Shown: positions 1-9,820, counted from the first letter of the stretch. The stretch is 64,000 nt of DNA from an uncultured bacterium (GCA_937920515.1 CALEUG010000006.1:32000-95999); one strand, 5' to 3'. Translations and numbers: made by a program. Notes: generated by a model from the letters alone, not told the origin.

Positions 1-2
1 TG

Positions 3-98
3 CTGATGGAGCTCAAAAAACCGCAGGCCGAGTGCCAGCTGGCCATAATCCCGGCAGTTGAGAAGTTGCTTGTAGCCCTGGAAGAAGGACATAAATAA
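3..98 (+). CDS. 3' end of an unidentified CDS that begins left of the window
   Basis: Frame is open from the window edge to TAA at 96-98 (...AIIPAVEKLLVALEEGHK*). Only about 31 codons are visible and I recognise no motif. Confidence 0.25.
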   Translation: MMELKKPQAECQLAIIPAVEKLLVALEEGHK

Positions 99-145
99 GA
101 GAGCTCAAAACTCATAATTCTGCAGATAAAAAAGGGAAGTGCCTG

Positions 146-1210
146 ATGGATTTAAGACGACCTCTATGGTCGCTACTTTTTATCGTCGCAATAATGTCGG
201 GGACATCCAGTCCGGATTCTGCTCAGCTTACCATTAGAGACAGCCTCGGCCGCCAGGTCAGGATACCACCGCGGGTGGAAAGGATAGTCTGCCTGCAGCC
301 GGAGCTGCTCAGAATTCTGGTGGCTCTTGGCCAGCAGGATAAGGTGGTGGCGATTGACCGTTTTCCTTCTCGCTATGACCACCTTATGCCAATTATCTTT
401 CCCGGCGTGGCTAACCTGCCGGTGGTCTCGGTTACGGGTGAAGACGCCAGGGTGGAAACCATACTTCAATTGAAGCCGGACCTGGTGCTGGTTTCTCCTT
501 CTGAATTTTCTCTCTCCCGGCACCTAAGCCGGAAATTGAATTGCCCGGTGGCCAGCCTGAGCGCGGCTGGAAAGATGGATGACCTGCTGGCCGAAATTGA
601 GCTGCTGGCCAGAATTACCGGAAGCGAGAAACGCGGAGGCGACCTAACCGATTACATGCGCTCGCGGCTGGCAGAAATAAAGGAAAAAACAAAAAAGGTT
701 TCTCCAGACGCTAAGCCCCTTGTTTATCTCAGTTTCTGGGGTTCTCTTCTGCGATCTCCCGTTAATTACGAACCGGTAGACCTGGCCGGCGGACGGAACC
801 TGGCCAGCCGCTTCCATAATGTTTACCACGGTTCTGACACGGCAGTACTAAACCTGGAGACTCTCCTGTCGCTTGACCCTGAAATCATTCTTGTTCATGG
901 CAACTATCTTCCCGCAGAAAGAACGGTAACCGTGGAAACAGTGCTATCAGACCCGAGGCTACAGAGCATCCGGGCTGTCCGAACAAGAAAGGTATATTAT
1001 ACTTTTGGTTTCTGGTACTGGTGGGACCCGGCCCTGGTGCTGGTGGAATGCCTTTACCTTTCTGACCTGTTGCGGGCCGGGCCACCGGACAGAGAGGCCA
1101 TGCTGTCAGCCGGCGATGAAATCTTCGCTTTTTTTTACAGAAGGCCGGGGCTATTCCAGGAGCTGTGTGCTAAAATAAAGGCTTATGACTGGTTCGAAAA
1201 AAGAGACTAA
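146..1210 (+). CDS. ABC transporter periplasmic substrate-binding protein (iron-siderophore/cobalamin/haem class)
   Basis: 354-aa ORF with a hydrophobic N-terminal signal. The overall pattern matches class-III binding proteins. It is first in an operon with a FecCD-type permease (26-nt overlap) and an ATPase. Confidence 0.75.
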   Translation: MDLRRPLWSLLFIVAIMSGTSSPDSAQLTIRDSLGRQVRIPPRVERIVCLQPELLRILVALGQQDKVVAIDRFPSRYDHLMPIIFPGVANLPVVSVTGEDARVETILQLKPDLVLVSPSEFSLSRHLSRKLNCPVASLSAAGKMDDLLAEIELLARITGSEKRGGDLTDYMRSRLAEIKEKTKKVSPDAKPLVYLSFWGSLLRSPVNYEPVDLAGGRNLASRFHNVYHGSDTAVLNLETLLSLDPEIILVHGNYLPAERTVTVETVLSDPRLQSIRAVRTRKVYYTFGFWYWWDPALVLVECLYLSDLLRAGPPDREAMLSAGDEIFAFFYRRPGLFQELCAKIKAYDWFEKRD

Positions 1211-2207
1211 GACTGGGGTTCTTCTCTTTACGGCTGTTTTGCTTCCATTATTCTTGATGTTAATTTCTTTAAGCCTTGGCACCCTGAAAATTTCACCGGG
1301 TGAAGTCCTGAAGATTCTCATGTCCAGAATATCAGGAATGCCCTCTGAGCTGTTGACCTCCCCGGCGGCCAACATTGTCCTGAATATCAGATTGCCCCGG
1401 GTGCTACTGGCACTGCTGGCCGGGGCTGCCTTTTCTGTTTCCGGGGCTTCCCTGCAGTCTCTTTTCCGAAATCCCCTGGTTAATGAATACATCCTTGGAG
1501 TGTCTTTCGGTGCCGGGTTCGGGGCCGCCGCCTCCCTGGTTCTGTTTAACCGGATTATACCTCCCCAGGTCCTGGCTTTTGCCTGTGGGCTGCTGGCCGT
1601 GGTCCTGGTGCTGGTTATCTCCGAGGGAGCCAGGAATACCCCGGTGGCGGTTCTGCTGACAGGAATTATCGTTTCTGCGCTTTTCCAGGCACTGCTTTCA
1701 GCCGTGGAATTCATAGCCAGTCCCTATGCTCTCCAGGCCCTTTTTTTCTGGCTCCTGGGCAGCTTTTCTCAGGCTACCTGGACTGACCTGCTCTGGTCGG
1801 GTCCCCTTATTCTGGCCGGTCTGGTTTTACTGCTGAAACTGGGCTGGAGAATAAACGTCCTGAGCCTGAGCGATGATGAGGCTAAGTCTTTAGGGCTGGA
1901 CGTTAAAAGAGAAAGGGTTCTGATAATCTGTCTGGCCACACTCATCACCTCGGCCGTGGTTTCTATTGCCGGTATCATTGGCTGGGTTGGTCTTATTGTC
2001 CCCCACGCGGCCAGGGGCCTGGTGGGAGCTGACAACCGGCTGGTTCTTCCGCTCTCAGCCGGGCTGGGAGCCAGCCTGATGCTCCTGGCCGATGACCTGA
2101 TCAGAACCCTTTCGCCCTTTGAATTTCCAGTGGGCATTCTGACCAGCCTGGCGGGAATTCCATTTTTTCTGTATTTAATAAAAAGGTCCAGAAGCAGCTG
2201 GAGTTAG
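1185..2207 (+). CDS. ABC transporter permease, FecCD/BtuC family
   Basis: 340 aa, highly hydrophobic and multi-TM. The C-terminal region ...GIIGWVGLIVPHAAR...PVGILTSLAGIPFFLYL is typical of FecCD permeases. Confidence 0.88.
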   Translation: MTGSKKETKTGVLLFTAVLLPLFLMLISLSLGTLKISPGEVLKILMSRISGMPSELLTSPAANIVLNIRLPRVLLALLAGAAFSVSGASLQSLFRNPLVNEYILGVSFGAGFGAAASLVLFNRIIPPQVLAFACGLLAVVLVLVISEGARNTPVAVLLTGIIVSALFQALLSAVEFIASPYALQALFFWLLGSFSQATWTDLLWSGPLILAGLVLLLKLGWRINVLSLSDDEAKSLGLDVKRERVLIICLATLITSAVVSIAGIIGWVGLIVPHAARGLVGADNRLVLPLSAGLGASLMLLADDLIRTLSPFEFPVGILTSLAGIPFFLYLIKRSRSSWS

Positions 2208-2209
2208 AC

Positions 2210-2968
2210 ATGCAGATCAGGGTTGAAAGATTGCGGGTCAGGTATGAGGATTTTGAACTCAGTGTGGACAACCTGCTTTTTTCGGCCAACCGGGTTTCGG
2301 TGCTGGTCGGTCCCAACGGTGCCGGCAAGTCAACCCTGCTCAAAGTTCTGGCCGGGCTGATAAAACCGGTGACCAGCTCAATTTTTGTCGATGGCCGTGA
2401 CCTGGCCCGGCTACGAGGGTCGGAAAGAGCCCCGCTGGTCAGTTACGTTCCCCAGGAACACGGGGCTGCTCTGAATTTCAGGGTGTTTGATTTCATCCTG
2501 ATGGGACGGAGCGGGTACCTTAATATTTTTGCAGCCCCGGCCAGGGCCGATTACGAAAAGACCAGAGATGTCATTTCTTACCTGGGGCTGGAAGCCCTGG
2601 CCGACAGGAAGTGCCAGGAGCTGAGCAGCGGCGAAAGAAGAATAGTGTTAATCGCCAGGGCCCTGGCCCAGGATTCAAAAATAATTCTCCTGGACGAACC
2701 TACCACATTTCTCGACCTGAAACACGAAATGGAAATAATAAATCTTCTGAGAAAACTAACGGAAGAGAGGGCCAAGACAATAATTACTTCGGTTCATAGC
2801 ATCGACCTGATACCACGACTGGCTGATTTCCTGGTGATGATTAAGAATGGGCGGATCCTGGCCGCCGGGCCGACTGCGGAAATATTCCAGGCCGAACTGC
2901 TGGAGAACCTGTTCGATTACCCTCTCCAGGTAGTGGAGGCGGGAGGCCGGCAGTTGATTCTGAGATAA
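2210..2968 (+). CDS. ABC transporter ATP-binding protein (FecE/BtuD-like)
   Basis: Walker A GPNGAGKST, ABC signature LSSGE, Walker B ILLDEP. The ATG lies 2 nt after the permease stop. Confidence 0.9.
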   Translation: MQIRVERLRVRYEDFELSVDNLLFSANRVSVLVGPNGAGKSTLLKVLAGLIKPVTSSIFVDGRDLARLRGSERAPLVSYVPQEHGAALNFRVFDFILMGRSGYLNIFAAPARADYEKTRDVISYLGLEALADRKCQELSSGERRIVLIARALAQDSKIILLDEPTTFLDLKHEMEIINLLRKLTEERAKTIITSVHSIDLIPRLADFLVMIKNGRILAAGPTAEIFQAELLENLFDYPLQVVEAGGRQLILR

Positions 2969-2985
2969 CAGGCACCGCCTCGGTT

Positions 2986-4143
2986 CTATTTCAACTTTTC
3001 TTCGCTGACAAAACTCCGGTATGGGGACAGGTAGGATAATATTTCCTCGTCGTCCGGTCCGGACCGTCCTGAGACCATTCGGGTCAATAATTCAGCCACA
3101 CCGGGGCCGAGCATAAAGCCCTGGCCGCACATGCCAACAGCCAGAAGAAAACCTTCTACTTCTCTTGACCAGCCGACGATGGGAAAACCGTCAGGAGTCA
3201 TCGGGTAAAGCCCCCGCCAGGTGCGTCTGACTCGAATATTCTGAAGCCTGGGCATGAGTTCAATCATTCTCCGGGAAACCATCGGCAGGAATTCGCTGGT
3301 TTCCCGTTCGTCAAAACCCCAGATGCTGGGGCTGGGGGTAATGCAGAAGATTATCTGGCCGGTGGCGTGCTGATAGAAATAGTAATTGGCCGAACCCTTG
3401 ACCGGTCGGATGTCGACCACCATCGGCTCAAAAAATCTCTGGACCGGCTCGGTCACCGCTGCTTCGTGGGAGTCCGGTTTGACAGGGACTTCCATTCCAG
3501 CCAGCCGGGCCACCTCGGCCGCCCAGGCTCCGGCGGCGTTGATAACCACTCCAGCTTGGTATCTTCCGGCCTCGGTCACCACTCCTCTGACTTTACCGTT
3601 TTCAATCACCAGATTCCTGACATTTTCTCTGAATCTGAATTCGGCTCCGGCCTTCCGGGCCTGGCGGTAGAAGGCTTCCACAGCCAGCAGGGGAGAGGCC
3701 TGGCCGTCTTCGGGAGAGAAGGTGCCGCCTCTCAGGCCGCGGGGATTAAGGTCGGGAAGCAGTCTCCTGAGCTCAGCCGCCTCCAGCCAGTCTATCTTCA
3801 GCCCGTGTTTCTTTTGAAGCGGCAAGACCTCTTTCAGGATTTTTTCTTCTTCTTCCCGGTAAGCAACGAAACAGTAGCCGCCCTGGTACCATTCAATTTC
3901 GTCACCATAGGTCTCTTTCCAGGTGGAAAAAATCTTGAGGCTGCGCAGACCCAGCCTGATCTTGGCCGGGTCAGAATGAGTGGCCCTCAATCCTCCTATG
4001 GCCCTTTTGTTGGAGCTCTGGCCGGGACTGGGGTTCCGGTCCAGGACCAGTACCCTGAAACCTTTCTGGGCCAGGAACAGGGCGGTGGGAGTGCCGATGC
4101 TGCCGGCTCCGATGATGATGACTTCATATTCAGCCCGGCTCAT
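2986..4143 (-). CDS. FAD-dependent oxidoreductase, DAO family (sarcosine oxidase beta / HcnC / archaeal-type proline dehydrogenase beta-like)
   Basis: N-terminal dinucleotide fold EVIIIGAGSIGTPTALFLAQKGFRVLVLD. I prefer the ATG at 4143 (AAGGAG 8 nt upstream) over the track start at 4176. It overlaps the stop of the upstream gene by 14 nt. Confidence 0.8.
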   Translation of the reverse strand: MSRAEYEVIIIGAGSIGTPTALFLAQKGFRVLVLDRNPSPGQSSNKRAIGGLRATHSDPAKIRLGLRSLKIFSTWKETYGDEIEWYQGGYCFVAYREEEEKILKEVLPLQKKHGLKIDWLEAAELRRLLPDLNPRGLRGGTFSPEDGQASPLLAVEAFYRQARKAGAEFRFRENVRNLVIENGKVRGVVTEAGRYQAGVVINAAGAWAAEVARLAGMEVPVKPDSHEAAVTEPVQRFFEPMVVDIRPVKGSANYYFYQHATGQIIFCITPSPSIWGFDERETSEFLPMVSRRMIELMPRLQNIRVRRTWRGLYPMTPDGFPIVGWSREVEGFLLAVGMCGQGFMLGPGVAELLTRMVSGRSGPDDEEILSYLSPYRSFVSEEKLK

Positions 4144-6244
4144 TCTCGGACTCCTTTCCTTTCTCCAGACCGGCAAAAAATCCCAGGGGCACTTCTATGA
4201 ACAGGGGCCGTTTGGGCTGGTCAACGATTTCACTTTCAGGAACCCCTTCCTCCCGGAAAAGCCGGTGCACCAGTGGGGTGCAGGTCTTGGCCCCGCAGGG
4301 TCCCATGCCTGCCCTGGTTATGGTCTTGATCTCGTTAATGTCCCGGATACCTTCCCGGATAAGCTTTCTGATTTCTCCGGCGGTGACTCTTTCGCAGCGG
4401 CAGATGATGGCTTCGTCCGGAATTCTTTCCAGGTATTTTTCTTCAACTTCAGAGATATCCGCTTGCAGTCTGAGTCCGCTGACATTCTTGGCCACCGCCC
4501 GGGGGACCTGGACCTTGACCAGGATTGTCCGGTCGTTCCCCTTGATCGATTTGACCGAATTCACCCGGCTCCTGGCCAGTTCCTGTCCGGAAACATCCAC
4601 CAGCGAAACTTCGTCTCCAGGGTTTATGATTTCTTTTAAGAATTCAAAGGGAATGGTTACCTCAGGAAATTCTGGGTTACGGCGGTAATCAACCAGGGTG
4701 ATGGCCAGCCCGGGGCAGAAAACCACACACCTTTCGCAGCCACTGCAGCCCTTACCTTCTTTTTCCTCATAATAGACAGGCAACTTGCGGATATCGCTGC
4801 GGTCCACTTCGATGAGTTTCCTCGGGCAAACGGCCGAGCAGGGGTCGCAGGGTATCTCCTGCAGACAGTGGATCACCGGAAAAACCCCATCTTCTTTATC
4901 CGGGAAATACTCGGGATAGGTCTGTCCGGGCCTGGATTTCAAGATGTCGGCTGTATGGTACCAGTCCGAGGGGACTTCCTCCCGGTAGACACCGAGCTCT
5001 CTGGCAATTTCCAGCCCGCGGATCTTGCCGGAAAAGATGGCAGCGGAGGCTTCGGCGATTTCCTCGGCATCTCCGGCTGCGTACACCGGAAGGTCAAATT
5101 CCCTGGCCTTAAGGTAAAACTCGTTGACCGGGTCGAGCCCGACCGCAATCAGGACGGTGTCGCACCTGAGCGTTTTTTCGGTTCCCGGAACCGGCTGAAA
5201 TTTTTCGTCCACCCTGGCTATGGTCACCGATTCGACGCTTTCTTTTCCGTTGGCGCTGAGAATGGTATGGGAGGTCAGGATGGGCACGCCCAGGCGGGCC
5301 AGCTTATCCTTGTGAACCTTATAGCCTCCGACTTCGGGCATCACCTCCACCAGACCAACCACCTTGATGCCGGCCTGCAGGGCATGGTACCCGGCGATCA
5401 GACCGACGTTTCCTCCCCCGACTATAAATAATCTTTCAGTGGGCTTGACCAGGTCGCGGTTGACCAGGGTCTGGAAGGCCCCCGCTCCGTATACTCCTGG
5501 CAGGTCATTTCCGGGAAAAGCCAGCGATTTTTCCCTGGCCCCGGTTGCCACTAACAGGATTTTCGGTTTGACCAGAGCATACTTTCTATTTTCTTTGAGA
5601 ATCCCGACTTTCTTATCACTGAAAACTGCCAGGGCCGTGCTCTGCAGCCAGATTTTTACCGGGGTGTACTGCCGGACTTCTTTTTCCAGCCGGGTGGCGA
5701 TATCGATACCCCTGGTTCCGGCATAGACCGCCTCCACCGAGCCAAAGAAACGATGGGTCTGCAGAACCAGCTTTCCGCCCAGGCGGTGTTTATCATCAAC
5801 CAGCAGGCAGTCCACCCCTCGCTTCCCGAGTTCTATGGCAGCCGAGAGTCCGGCCGGACCGCCACCGATAATCAGCACCGAGACTTCAATTTCTTCAACT
5901 GGTTTCAGGTCGAGGGGTGCTTCCGGGTCGACCAGCGGAAGCCGGGGAAGGCCCACCACCGGTTCAATTTTCATTCCGGGTTTTATCAATTCCATACAGG
6001 ATTTAACCGGGAAACCGTCGGCCAGCACCAGGCACTGGGCGCACTGACCGTTGGCGCAAAAAATTCCCTGGGGAGCTCCATCCTTGTGATGGTAACTGAA
6101 AATCCGGACGCCGTTGGCAAAGAGGGCCGAGGCTATGGTTTCGCCCTCCCTGGCTTTAAGCTCCTGGCCCTGGAAATAAAAGCTGAAAAGTGGCCTGTCC
6201 TCGACCGGCAGAATAGGATGTTTATAAAGGCGGTTATCGATCAA
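4130..6244 (-). CDS. Multi-domain redox protein: N-terminal 2Fe-2S (HcnA/SoxA-like), FAD/NAD(P) pyridine-nucleotide-disulfide oxidoreductase, 2x[4Fe-4S] ferredoxin, and C-terminal BFD-like [2Fe-2S]
   Basis: Motifs in order: CANGQCAQC...C; LIIGGGPAGLSAA and FIVGGGNVGLIAG Rossmann folds; CLQEIPCDPCSAVCP and CSGCERCVVFCP; CRCE...GPCGAKTC. TTG start with AAGGAG 6 nt upstream. Confidence 0.8.
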   Translation of the reverse strand: MIDNRLYKHPILPVEDRPLFSFYFQGQELKAREGETIASALFANGVRIFSYHHKDGAPQGIFCANGQCAQCLVLADGFPVKSCMELIKPGMKIEPVVGLPRLPLVDPEAPLDLKPVEEIEVSVLIIGGGPAGLSAAIELGKRGVDCLLVDDKHRLGGKLVLQTHRFFGSVEAVYAGTRGIDIATRLEKEVRQYTPVKIWLQSTALAVFSDKKVGILKENRKYALVKPKILLVATGAREKSLAFPGNDLPGVYGAGAFQTLVNRDLVKPTERLFIVGGGNVGLIAGYHALQAGIKVVGLVEVMPEVGGYKVHKDKLARLGVPILTSHTILSANGKESVESVTIARVDEKFQPVPGTEKTLRCDTVLIAVGLDPVNEFYLKAREFDLPVYAAGDAEEIAEASAAIFSGKIRGLEIARELGVYREEVPSDWYHTADILKSRPGQTYPEYFPDKEDGVFPVIHCLQEIPCDPCSAVCPRKLIEVDRSDIRKLPVYYEEKEGKGCSGCERCVVFCPGLAITLVDYRRNPEFPEVTIPFEFLKEIINPGDEVSLVDVSGQELARSRVNSVKSIKGNDRTILVKVQVPRAVAKNVSGLRLQADISEVEEKYLERIPDEAIICRCERVTAGEIRKLIREGIRDINEIKTITRAGMGPCGAKTCTPLVHRLFREEGVPESEIVDQPKRPLFIEVPLGFFAGLEKGKESENEPG

Positions 6245-6311
6245 AGGAGGCTCCTTTAATCAAGAATGACCAGATAATAAATATTACAGGTCATTGAAAT
6301 TTAAGACAGGC

Positions 6312-6320
6312 ATTATAGCA
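6312..6320 (-). promoter_or_regulatory. Extended -10 promoter candidate (TGcTATAAT) for the oxidoreductase operon
   Basis: The reverse complement of 6312-6320 reads TGCTATAAT, about 65 nt upstream of the TTG start at 6244. The -35 is weak. Confidence 0.35.
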
Positions 6321-6545
6321 TAACCGTTCTTGAGAAAAAATATCGACCCGGAAAATTGTGAAGTCTGGGCCAAAGAAGCCGGAACCCCGGGGCTTCTTAA
6401 AAAAATATTTTTGGTTCAGACTGAAGGCACAATTTATTATAATTGGAAAAATTAAAATAATGAGCACTCAGAACAGCCTGCACCGACCGAAGGTTTCAGG
6501 CGGTTTTGTCCTGCAGCTTGACCATTTAATAATAAGGAGGGCCAG

Positions 6546-7631
6546 ATGTCGGGCCTGAACGACTTGCGTGGAGTCACCATCGAGCCTTTTCGCGGCGACC
6601 TGGAAGCCCTGGAAAAGATGGCCCATCATTCCTGGCGGGATGAATACGGAATTTCTTCTTTCCCCAATCTTTACCGGCCGGAATTTGTCAGATATCTGAT
6701 GCGTCTGGCCCCCGATTCGCGCCATTTTATCGCGGCCTACAGGGGCCAGGAGATCCTGGCCTTCCTGGCCAACATCCCCCGGACTTTTGCCTGCCGTGGC
6801 CAGAATCTCCGGGGCATTCTCAGCTGCTTGCTGGTCAGCCGCCTGGAATACGCCCGGAAGGGGCTGGCCCAGGCCATTATCAAGGAGGCGGTTAGAATCA
6901 ACCAGGAAATTACACGCTATGACTTAGCCCTGCTGTATCTGGAGTCAGGGCATCGTTCATCTGAACTGATAGAAAAATTTAAGAGAGAAGGGCAGCCCCT
7001 GCGCTTCCTGAAAAGAATGTATGTCCTGGGCCGGGTCCTTGACCTGGAAAGGGTGGCTTATTCTGAGAGTCTGAAAAACTGGGAAAAGCTGGCGATAAAG
7101 GTCTGGGGGGCCCACCGGTTGCCGGCTGGCCAGCTACCTGAGGGGCTGGGCTTAGAAGAGCTGAATACAGCCGACCTGCCGGAAGCCCTGGGTCTTCTCA
7201 ATTCCTATGCCGGCCAGACTGACCTGGCCAGGGTCTGGACCGGGCTCGAAGAATTGAATAAAGAAATTTTATATCCTGGAGTTTCCATGACTCTAACGGT
7301 GAAAAAGGAGCGTCGACTGGTCGGCTTAATCAATTATCTCGAACATGAACATCTCGGAAAGAGGGTGGAACGCTGGGCCTGGCTTAACCACCTTCATCTT
7401 GACCTGTTGACTTCAACGGAAAAAAGGGCGGTGATGAACTGCCTTCTGAATTATCTGGCCGCCAGGGAAATGGTCGGTGTTATTGAATGGAACAAGGGTT
7501 ATTATTCCCAGGGTTTTCTTTACCGCAGCGGGTTTTTTCCTTATTTCCGGAGCGTTAATCTCTATGCCTGGGTTTTTAATCAGGTTCTGCACTTAGATAA
7601 AATGAAGCGAATATATGAAGTTCAGATTTGA
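6546..7631 (+). CDS. GNAT-like N-acetyltransferase domain protein of unknown specificity
   Basis: 361 aa with AAGGAGG 6 nt upstream of the ATG. The segment ...ILSCLLVSRLEYARKGLAQAIIKEA resembles GNAT motif A (R-x-x-G-x-A). The C-terminal half is unassigned. Confidence 0.45.
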   Translation: MSGLNDLRGVTIEPFRGDLEALEKMAHHSWRDEYGISSFPNLYRPEFVRYLMRLAPDSRHFIAAYRGQEILAFLANIPRTFACRGQNLRGILSCLLVSRLEYARKGLAQAIIKEAVRINQEITRYDLALLYLESGHRSSELIEKFKREGQPLRFLKRMYVLGRVLDLERVAYSESLKNWEKLAIKVWGAHRLPAGQLPEGLGLEELNTADLPEALGLLNSYAGQTDLARVWTGLEELNKEILYPGVSMTLTVKKERRLVGLINYLEHEHLGKRVERWAWLNHLHLDLLTSTEKRAVMNCLLNYLAAREMVGVIEWNKGYYSQGFLYRSGFFPYFRSVNLYAWVFNQVLHLDKMKRIYEVQI

Positions 7632-7813
7632 ATTCGAAATATGTGTCCATCCGGCCGGACTGATACTTTAATACTTTGTATGTGGAGTTATTGGGAAAGT
7701 TAATTGGTTTATGCTTAAATGTAAATGGCAGGAGACAAAGTGAGGCGGGCCTGTGTGATACTTTCTCAGTTCTGGTTTTATGGCCGGCGTCAGGCATTTT
7801 CGGAGGACAGACA

Positions 7814-9820
7814 GTGAAAGAAATCAGGATAGCCAAGAACCCACCGCTCGACAGAATCAACCTTCATTACCCGGGAAACAGGCCGCCTCTTCGGCCCAAT
7901 CCTCTGCTCAAGCTTCCTCCGGGACAGATTGAAGCCCGGGGCTGGTTGTTGAGCCAGCTCCGGCTTATGGCCTCTGGTCTGACCGGGCGCCTTCCAGAAA
8001 TATCCAGGTTTTTGCAGCCCTGTTCCGGCTGGTTGACCCTTAAAGGAAGCGGCTGGGAAGAGATGCCATACTGGCTTAAGGGCTTCGGAGACCTGGCTTA
8101 CTTGCTCAAAGACCCGGAATTAATAGCAACAGCCAGGAAATGGATTGAGGCCATCCTGAAGAGCCAGCAGGGAGATGGTTACTTTGGCCCGGAGGAAAAC
8201 AAGACCAATAATGACCTGTGGCCCAACATGGTAGCCCTGGCCTGCCTGCAGAGTTATTATGAATTCAGTGGCGACGACAGAGTGCTTGATTTTATGACGG
8301 CCTATTTCCGCTACCAGTTCAACCTGCCCGGAGAAAAGCTTTTTCCGGGAAGCTGGCAGAAGCTCCGGGGCGGTGAAAACCTGGAAAGCGTTTACTGGCT
8401 TTATAACCGGACTGGCCAGGACTGGCTCCTGGAACTGGCCCGAAGGATATACCGTCGCACCTCCGACTGGGCCTCTCCCATTTTGACCCCGGAGCGCGAC
8501 CGCCGCTGGGAAGAGAGCTCCTTTTATCACGGGGTTAACCTTGCCATGGGCCTAAGGTATCCCGGGGTTTATTTTCAGCAAGCCGGAGACCCGGGCCTGC
8601 TGGAAGCGGTAGAAAGAAACTACTGCCAGCTGATGGCAGCTTACGGGCAACAACCGGGAGGTATGTTTGCGGCTGATGAAAATATCAGGCCCGGTTATAA
8701 CGACCCGAGACAGGGAGCCGAAACCTGCACCATGGTGGAATTCATGAACAGCTTTGAATCGCTGCTGAAGATAACGGGACAGGTTATTTACGCTGACCGG
8801 ACCGAAGAGATAGCGGTTAATTCGCTGCCGGCGGCCCTGACCCCTGACTTAAAAGCCCTGCATTATCTGACGGCCGCCAACCTTATTTCCTGCGACAGCT
8901 CCGGAGAACATGATTTTCAGAATTCCGGTACCCTGCTGTCTTTTGATCCCTGGAGATACCGTTGCTGCCAGCACAACGTGGCCTCTGGCTGGCCTTATTA
9001 TGTAGAACACCTCTATCTGGCCACTTCCGATAACGGCCTGGCCGCCGTTTTTTATGGGCCCTCGCTGGTCAATTTCAAAGCGGGAAGTCAGGGGAAAAAA
9101 ATCAGGATTATCCAGGATACGGAGTATCCTTTTGACGCCAGAATTATGCTGACAGTTTATCCCGACGAACCGGTTTCCTTTCCGCTTTACCTGAGAATAC
9201 CCGGATGGGCGGAAAGTGCCAGGATCTCGGTAAACGGGAGGAAACCGCAGGCAGTGCGGGCGGACGGAGAATATGCCGTCCTGGATCAGACCTGGAAATA
9301 CGGGGATATGATAACGATTGACCTGGAACAGCCGGTGAGAGTTCATTTCTGGCCAGGCCCGGGTCAGGCCGCCTCGGTCAGGTGGGGACCGCTCTGGTAC
9401 TCGCTGGAAATCAAGGAAAAATGGCAAAAAACCGGCGGTAGCAACGACTGGCCAGCCTGGGAGGTGCTGCCGGCCTCTGCCTGGAATTTTGCCCTGGTGC
9501 TTGACCCTAACCACGAGGCCGGGGACATTAAACTTATCGAGAAAAGAACTGTTGCTTACCAGCCTTTTTCCCTGGAATCAGCTCCACTTGTTCTTGAGGC
9601 CAGGGCCAGGAGGTTACCGGAATGGAAAGAAGAAGGGCGGATGGTGGGCAAGGTTCCGGCCAGTCCGGTCACTTCCAGGCAACCTGAGACCAGAATCAGG
9701 CTGATTCCCATGGGCTGCGCCAGATTGAGAATAACCTGTTTTCCCTGGATTAAGGCTAATCGAAGATTAATAAGGGAAAATGATAAATTTAATTCGAAGA
9801 ACAGGAAAGGCCAGAAATGA
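7814..9820 (+). CDS. GH127-like (DUF1680, beta-L-arabinofuranosidase family) Cys/Zn enzyme
   Basis: GAETC...(79 aa)...RCCQHN matches my recollection of the E-x-C / C-C zinc-cysteine site and its spacing in HypBA1-type GH127. I prefer the GTG at 7814 (GGAGGA at 7802-07) over the track start at 7676. No signal peptide. Confidence 0.7.
   Translation: MKEIRIAKNPPLDRINLHYPGNRPPLRPNPLLKLPPGQIEARGWLLSQLRLMASGLTGRLPEISRFLQPCSGWLTLKGSGWEEMPYWLKGFGDLAYLLKDPELIATARKWIEAILKSQQGDGYFGPEENKTNNDLWPNMVALACLQSYYEFSGDDRVLDFMTAYFRYQFNLPGEKLFPGSWQKLRGGENLESVYWLYNRTGQDWLLELARRIYRRTSDWASPILTPERDRRWEESSFYHGVNLAMGLRYPGVYFQQAGDPGLLEAVERNYCQLMAAYGQQPGGMFAADENIRPGYNDPRQGAETCTMVEFMNSFESLLKITGQVIYADRTEEIAVNSLPAALTPDLKALHYLTAANLISCDSSGEHDFQNSGTLLSFDPWRYRCCQHNVASGWPYYVEHLYLATSDNGLAAVFYGPSLVNFKAGSQGKKIRIIQDTEYPFDARIMLTVYPDEPVSFPLYLRIPGWAESARISVNGRKPQAVRADGEYAVLDQTWKYGDMITIDLEQPVRVHFWPGPGQAASVRWGPLWYSLEIKEKWQKTGGSNDWPAWEVLPASAWNFALVLDPNHEAGDIKLIEKRTVAYQPFSLESAPLVLEARARRLPEWKEEGRMVGKVPASPVTSRQPETRIRLIPMGCARLRITCFPWIKANRRLIRENDKFNSKNRKGQK

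Noticed and set aside
99-145. Cobalamin riboswitch ahead of the BtuF/FecB-type ABC operon.
   Set aside because: The gap is only 47 nt and has no B12-box-like sequence.
1277-1292. A TGGCAC word, considered as the sigma-54 -24 element.
   Set aside because: It is inside the permease CDS, and no TTGC follows at the -12 spacing.
6358-6558. Small ORFs in gaps: the 66-aa ORF at 6358-6558 with its internal 32-aa ATG version at 6460, and a 17-codon ATG ORF around 38554-38607.
   Set aside because: They have no SD and no recognisable sequence features, and they overlap promoter-like AT-rich DNA or the next gene's start.
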